Shown in pieces: positions 35,782 through 38,992 of a stretch of 38,992 nt of DNA (position 1 is the stretch's first letter; every line of letters starts with the position of its first letter). The stretch is from Candidatus Limnocylindrales bacterium (GTDB taxonomy: Bacteria; Chloroflexota; Limnocylindria; Limnocylindrales; CSP1-4), in contig DASXTH010000322.1 of assembly GCA_036505555.1 (NCBI GenBank), positions 1 to 38,992 on the forward strand, given 5' to 3'. A program made the translations under genes and the position numbers. The notes beneath the pieces were generated by a model. That model searched no databases. It saw only the letters and a program-made list of their open reading frames with translations, and had not been told where the DNA came from.

Positions 35782-36827
35782 TGGATGTCGTGCGGATCGG
35801 CGACCGCGAGGTCGGCGGCGGCGCGCCGGTCTACGTCATCGCGGAGGCCGGCTCGAACCACGATCGGAACCTCGACCAGGCGAAGCGACTGATCGACGTC
35901 GCCTCCGCGGCCGGCGCCGACGCCGTCAAGTTCCAGACGTTCGCAGCCGACCGGATCGTCGCCGAGACGAAGACCCGGGCGAAGTACCTCGACGGTCTCC
36001 TCCCGCCCGACAAGACGATGTCGGACCTGTTCCGCGAGCTCGAGCTGCCCCGCGAGTGGCACGCGGACCTGTTCGGCCATGCGACGGACGCCGGGCTCGA
36101 CTTCCTCTCGACGCCGTTCGACTTCGAGGCGGTCGATCTCCTCGACGGCCTCGGCGTCAAGGCCTTCAAGGTCGCCTCGTACGAGCTCTGGCACCTGCCG
36201 CTCATCCGTGAGGTCGCGTCACGCGGCAAGCCGATCATCTGCTCGACGGGGATGGCCGATCTCGCCGACGTCCAGGATGCGGTCGACACGGTCGCGGCGA
36301 CCGGCAACGAGCAGCTGATCCTCCTCCACTGCGTCGTGAACTACCCGCCGCCCTTCGCCGAGCTGAACCTTCGGGCGATCCAGACGATGCGCACGGCGTT
36401 CGGCGTCCCGGTCGGCTACAGCGACCACTCCCCGGGGATCACGGCACCGATCGTCGCGACGGCGCTGGGCGCCGCGGTGATCGAGAAGCACTACACGCTC
36501 AGCCGCGACCTGCCCGGGCCGGACCATCGCTTCGCGATCGAGCCGGACGAGCTGACCGCGATGGTTCAGGGGATCCGCGACGCCCACGATGCGCTCGGCA
36601 GCGGGATCAAGAAGATGGCTCGGGCCGAGGCGGACCTGTACACAACCGCCCGACGGTCGCTCTTCGCGGCGCGCGACATCGCGGCGGGCACGGTCCTGAC
36701 CGATGACGATGTCGCGATCCTCCGGCCGGGCACCGGGATCGAGGTTCGCGACCTCGAGAAGGTCGTCGGCCGCACGGCGCAGCGGGCGATCGGGCGACAC
36801 GAGCCGCTGGCCTGGGACATGTTCTAG
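35781..36827 (+). CDS. NeuB-family nonulosonic acid synthase (PseI/LegI/NeuB-type) with C-terminal SAF-like domain
   Basis: Its ATG overlaps the previous stop by 1 nt (TGATG). PVYVIAEAGSNHDRNLDQAKRLIDVASAAGADAVKFQTF, AFKVASYEL, GKPIICSTGMA, LLHCVVNYPPPF, GYSDHSPG, IEKHYTLSRDLPGPDHRFAIEP. Confidence 0.88.
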   Translation: MDVVRIGDREVGGGAPVYVIAEAGSNHDRNLDQAKRLIDVASAAGADAVKFQTFAADRIVAETKTRAKYLDGLLPPDKTMSDLFRELELPREWHADLFGHATDAGLDFLSTPFDFEAVDLLDGLGVKAFKVASYELWHLPLIREVASRGKPIICSTGMADLADVQDAVDTVAATGNEQLILLHCVVNYPPPFAELNLRAIQTMRTAFGVPVGYSDHSPGITAPIVATALGAAVIEKHYTLSRDLPGPDHRFAIEPDELTAMVQGIRDAHDALGSGIKKMARAEADLYTTARRSLFAARDIAAGTVLTDDDVAILRPGTGIEVRDLEKVVGRTAQRAIGRHEPLAWDMF

Positions 36828-37790
36828 ATGGCGGCACGGCCCGCGATCCGGCTGGTCGTCACGGCCGCGCCGGACGAGGGCCGGGGGCATCTCGCCCGCG
36901 CGATCGGGCTGGCCGGCGCGATCCGGCGGCGGGATACGACCGTCCCACTGGAGCTCGAGATCCTCCGCGGCGCCACCAGCGAGCGGGAGCGGCATCTACT
37001 CGCAGAGCGCGGCATCATTCTCGCGAGCGGGATGGAGAACGGGCGCGACGTCACGATCGTCGATCTGCCCGATCCGAACGAGGTCGCCGGCCTTGTCGGG
37101 CCGCTCTTCGTGTTCGACGACCGCGAGCTGTTCGCGGGCCAGGCCGCCGTCGTCGTCCAGCCGTCGATGCCGTCGTGGTCGGGCCGCGCGGCGGCAGATC
37201 GGGTGCTGGTCGGCTACGAGTACGCCCCGCTTGACGAGCGCTATCTCGCCCTCGGCGAAGCCGCGGTGGGTGCAGAGGACCGGGTGCTGACGCTCCTCGT
37301 CTGTTTCGGCGGGAGCGACCCGGACGACGTGACCGGGCGAGTCGGACCAGCTCTCGTCGGCGACGATCGCTGGAGGACGACGATCGTCGTCGGCGCCGGA
37401 TACCGGGGATCCGTCGAGCACGGCCCCGCGGCCGCGACGGTCGTCCGCGACCCGGAAGATCTGCCGGGGCGGCTCGCGTCATGCGACCTGGCCGTCCTCG
37501 GCGCGGGCACGATGAAGTTCGAGGCCGCGTTTCTCGGCCGGCCGGCGATCCTCCTCGCGGCCGCCGACGACCAGCTCCCGGTCGGCCCGGCGTTCGCGGC
37601 GACCGGCGCGGCGATCTACCTCGGCGACGGCCGGACGATCGCACCGAAGCTGGTCACGGAGGTCGTCGAGGGCCTCGCCGGCGACGACCCCGCCCGACGC
37701 GCGATGGGCCGCCGTGCGCGCGAGGTCGTGGATGGCCGCGGCGGCGAACGCCTCGCGGCGGCGATCCTCGACCTCGCAGGCTCCCGCTAG
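36828..37790 (+). CDS. pseG: PseG/SpsG-type UDP-sugar hydrolase (GT28-C-like)
   Basis: Starts directly after the synthase stop (TAG then ATG). GRGHLARAIGLA, LLVCFGGSDPDD, and a C-terminal AVLGAGTMKFEAAFLGRPAILL pattern typical of PseG-family proteins. Confidence 0.65.
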   Translation: MAARPAIRLVVTAAPDEGRGHLARAIGLAGAIRRRDTTVPLELEILRGATSERERHLLAERGIILASGMENGRDVTIVDLPDPNEVAGLVGPLFVFDDRELFAGQAAVVVQPSMPSWSGRAAADRVLVGYEYAPLDERYLALGEAAVGAEDRVLTLLVCFGGSDPDDVTGRVGPALVGDDRWRTTIVVGAGYRGSVEHGPAAATVVRDPEDLPGRLASCDLAVLGAGTMKFEAAFLGRPAILLAAADDQLPVGPAFAATGAAIYLGDGRTIAPKLVTEVVEGLAGDDPARRAMGRRAREVVDGRGGERLAAAILDLAGSR

Positions 37791-38992
37791 CCGTCGCCCG
37801 ACGGCGTCGGGCTCGCCAGCCACGCGACTAGATCCTCGCGGATCCGCGCCGAGGCCCCGCCCGGCTCGAAGTGGTCGGCGAGGAAGGCAGCCCGCTTGTC
37901 CTGGTCAGTCGCAGGCCCGGCGAAGATCCGATCGAGCTCGATCCGGAGCTCCGCCGCGTCGCGGACGGGGACGGCGACACCGGCCTCGACATAGCCGATC
38001 AGGTCGTTCGTCGCCTGGGTCACCGCGAGGAGGTTCGGCGTCCCGACCGCGACCGCCTCGGTCAGCACGGTCGAGAAGATCCCGAGATGCGCGTCGGCGG
38101 CGGCGAGCAGTGCGTACAGATCGATCGCCTGGATGACGGTCAGCCGCGCCGGCGGCACGCCGAGCGTCGCACGGAGGCCGTCGATGAGCCGGGCGTGGAG
38201 CCCGTCGTCGGGCTCGTTCGGGTGGGTCTTCACGACGAGGTGGACGCCCGCCAGATCACCGCCGAGGAGCGCCGCCAGCGACGCAGGGGTGTAGATCGCT
38301 CGGGGCGGTCCGAACGTCGTCGAGATCGCGAGGAGCCGATCGGCCGGCGCGACGCCGAGCTCGCGGCGGATCGCGTCCCGGGCGTCGGTGCCATCGGCGC
38401 GCTTCGTCGCCGCGACGTCGAGCCGTGGCGAGCCCACGACTCGCAGGCTCTCCGCCGGCTGGACGCTCCGGGTCGTCAGCAGCCGCCGCTCGTACTCGCC
38501 GAAGAGGTACAGCCGATCGGGGAGCGGCATCGCGGGATCGGGCAGGCCGTGGACATAGCCCGGGTGGTGGCGGTGGATGATCCCGTGCTGGACGGCCACC
38601 ACAGGAATCCCCTCCATGCGTGCCGCGCCGACCCACTCGGTCCGGCTGTACTCGTTGATCAGGAAGAGGGCCGCCGGCCGAACCGCAGCGAGGAAGCGGC
38701 GAGCCCGACGGAGATCGCGGAAGCGGCCGGGCAGCGACGAACGGCCGATCGCGCGAACGATCCCGGCGACGAGGCGCGGGCCGAGGTCCACGTCGCCGCC
38801 GTCGAGCGGGGCCGCGAGCTGGACGGCGATCTCGGCCACGTCGCGCGCCATCGCCTCGGCCTGGGCGCGGCCGGCCGCGCCATCGTCCGGCTCGGCGAAT
38901 GCGCGGGCGAGGATGTCGCCGGGCAGCGACCGCGCCCCCGACGGCGCGGAGAGCCGCCCCCAACTGCTCGGATCGCCGAGCGCCGAGCCCAG
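37787..38992 (-). CDS. GT-B-like transferase (TagB/TagF CDP-glycerol glycerophosphotransferase-like?), 5' end outside the window
   Basis: The frame stays open from 38851 to the window edge (LGSALGDPSSWGRLS...). LLAISTTFGP, LVVKTHPNEP and DLYALLAAADAHLGIFSTVLTEAVAVGTPNLL loosely resemble TagF-family blocks. It converges on pseG and shares a CTAG. Confidence 0.5.
   Translation of the reverse strand: MGSALGDPSSWGRLSAPSGARSLPGDILARAFAEPDDGAAGRAQAEAMARDVAEIAVQLAAPLDGGDVDLGPRLVAGIVRAIGRSSLPGRFRDLRRARRFLAAVRPAALFLINEYSRTEWVGAARMEGIPVVAVQHGIIHRHHPGYVHGLPDPAMPLPDRLYLFGEYERRLLTTRSVQPAESLRVVGSPRLDVAATKRADGTDARDAIRRELGVAPADRLLAISTTFGPPRAIYTPASLAALLGGDLAGVHLVVKTHPNEPDDGLHARLIDGLRATLGVPPARLTVIQAIDLYALLAAADAHLGIFSTVLTEAVAVGTPNLLAVTQATNDLIGYVEAGVAVPVRDAAELRIELDRIFAGPATDQDKRAAFLADHFEPGGASARIREDLVAWLASPTPSGDG

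Noticed and set aside
1-38992. CRISPR arrays, IS elements, rRNA genes and large tandem repeats
   Set aside because: Reading through the window, I saw no regularly spaced repeats, no transposase-like or integrase-like ORFs, and no rRNA-like stretches.

Overview
Very GC-rich chromosomal segment. By eye well over two-thirds is G+C, and real genes show a strong G/C bias at codon position 3. The gene content looks like a high-GC monoderm or Chloroflexota-like organism: an LLM/F420-type oxidoreductase, a DinB-type protein, ResB, an LCP ligase and a type III glutamine synthetase. I can support about 37 protein-coding genes and two tRNA-Pro genes (anticodons CGG and UGG, both on the minus strand with encoded CCA). 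I saw no rRNA, CRISPR array, transposase, integrase or phage genes. Many long ORFs in the six-frame track are shadow or antisense ORFs typical of GC-rich DNA.

Layout:
- 1-5.1 kb: AlkA-like glycosylase, a sensor-type globin, a TfoX-N protein, an exported protein, tRNA-Pro(CGG) and an MFS transporter.
- 5.2-8.9 kb: a translationally coupled operon of response regulator, GAF protein, GAF histidine kinase and aldo/keto reductase.
- 9.0-17.0 kb: a co-directional minus-strand array of GSIII, PucR regulator, ResB, a Cys/Met PLP enzyme and a membrane GGDEF cyclase.
- 17.3-19.9 kb: Lrp regulator coupled to a lipoprotein, an LLM oxidoreductase and a DinB-type protein.
- 19.9-21.6 kb: a PD-(D/E)XK-like protein plus an Imm5-like protein next to tRNA-Pro(UGG).
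- 21.6-26.6 kb: ChrA, a lipoprotein, an LCP ligase and a Gfo/Idh/MocA oxidoreductase.
- 26.6-31.6 kb: a conserved housekeeping block of LOG, rdgB, rph, mazG and a parvulin PPIase.
- 31.7-39.0 kb: a tightly coupled six-gene nonulosonic-acid (pseudaminic/legionaminic-type) sugar operon, converging on a partial TagF-like GT-B transferase gene.

I do not see a clear-cut novel defence or mobile system. The most unusual points are:
- The nonulosonic-acid operon has no N-acetyltransferase in the window and carries an extra SDR gene.
- Its first gene has no canonical start codon; a perfect SD points to an ATC start, with a 14-bp perfect palindrome just upstream.
- The histidine kinase's coding-like transmembrane segment has no canonical start and may be a split or frameshifted sensor.
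- The possibly catalytically degenerate nuclease-like protein and the Imm5-like protein sit together beside a tRNA.
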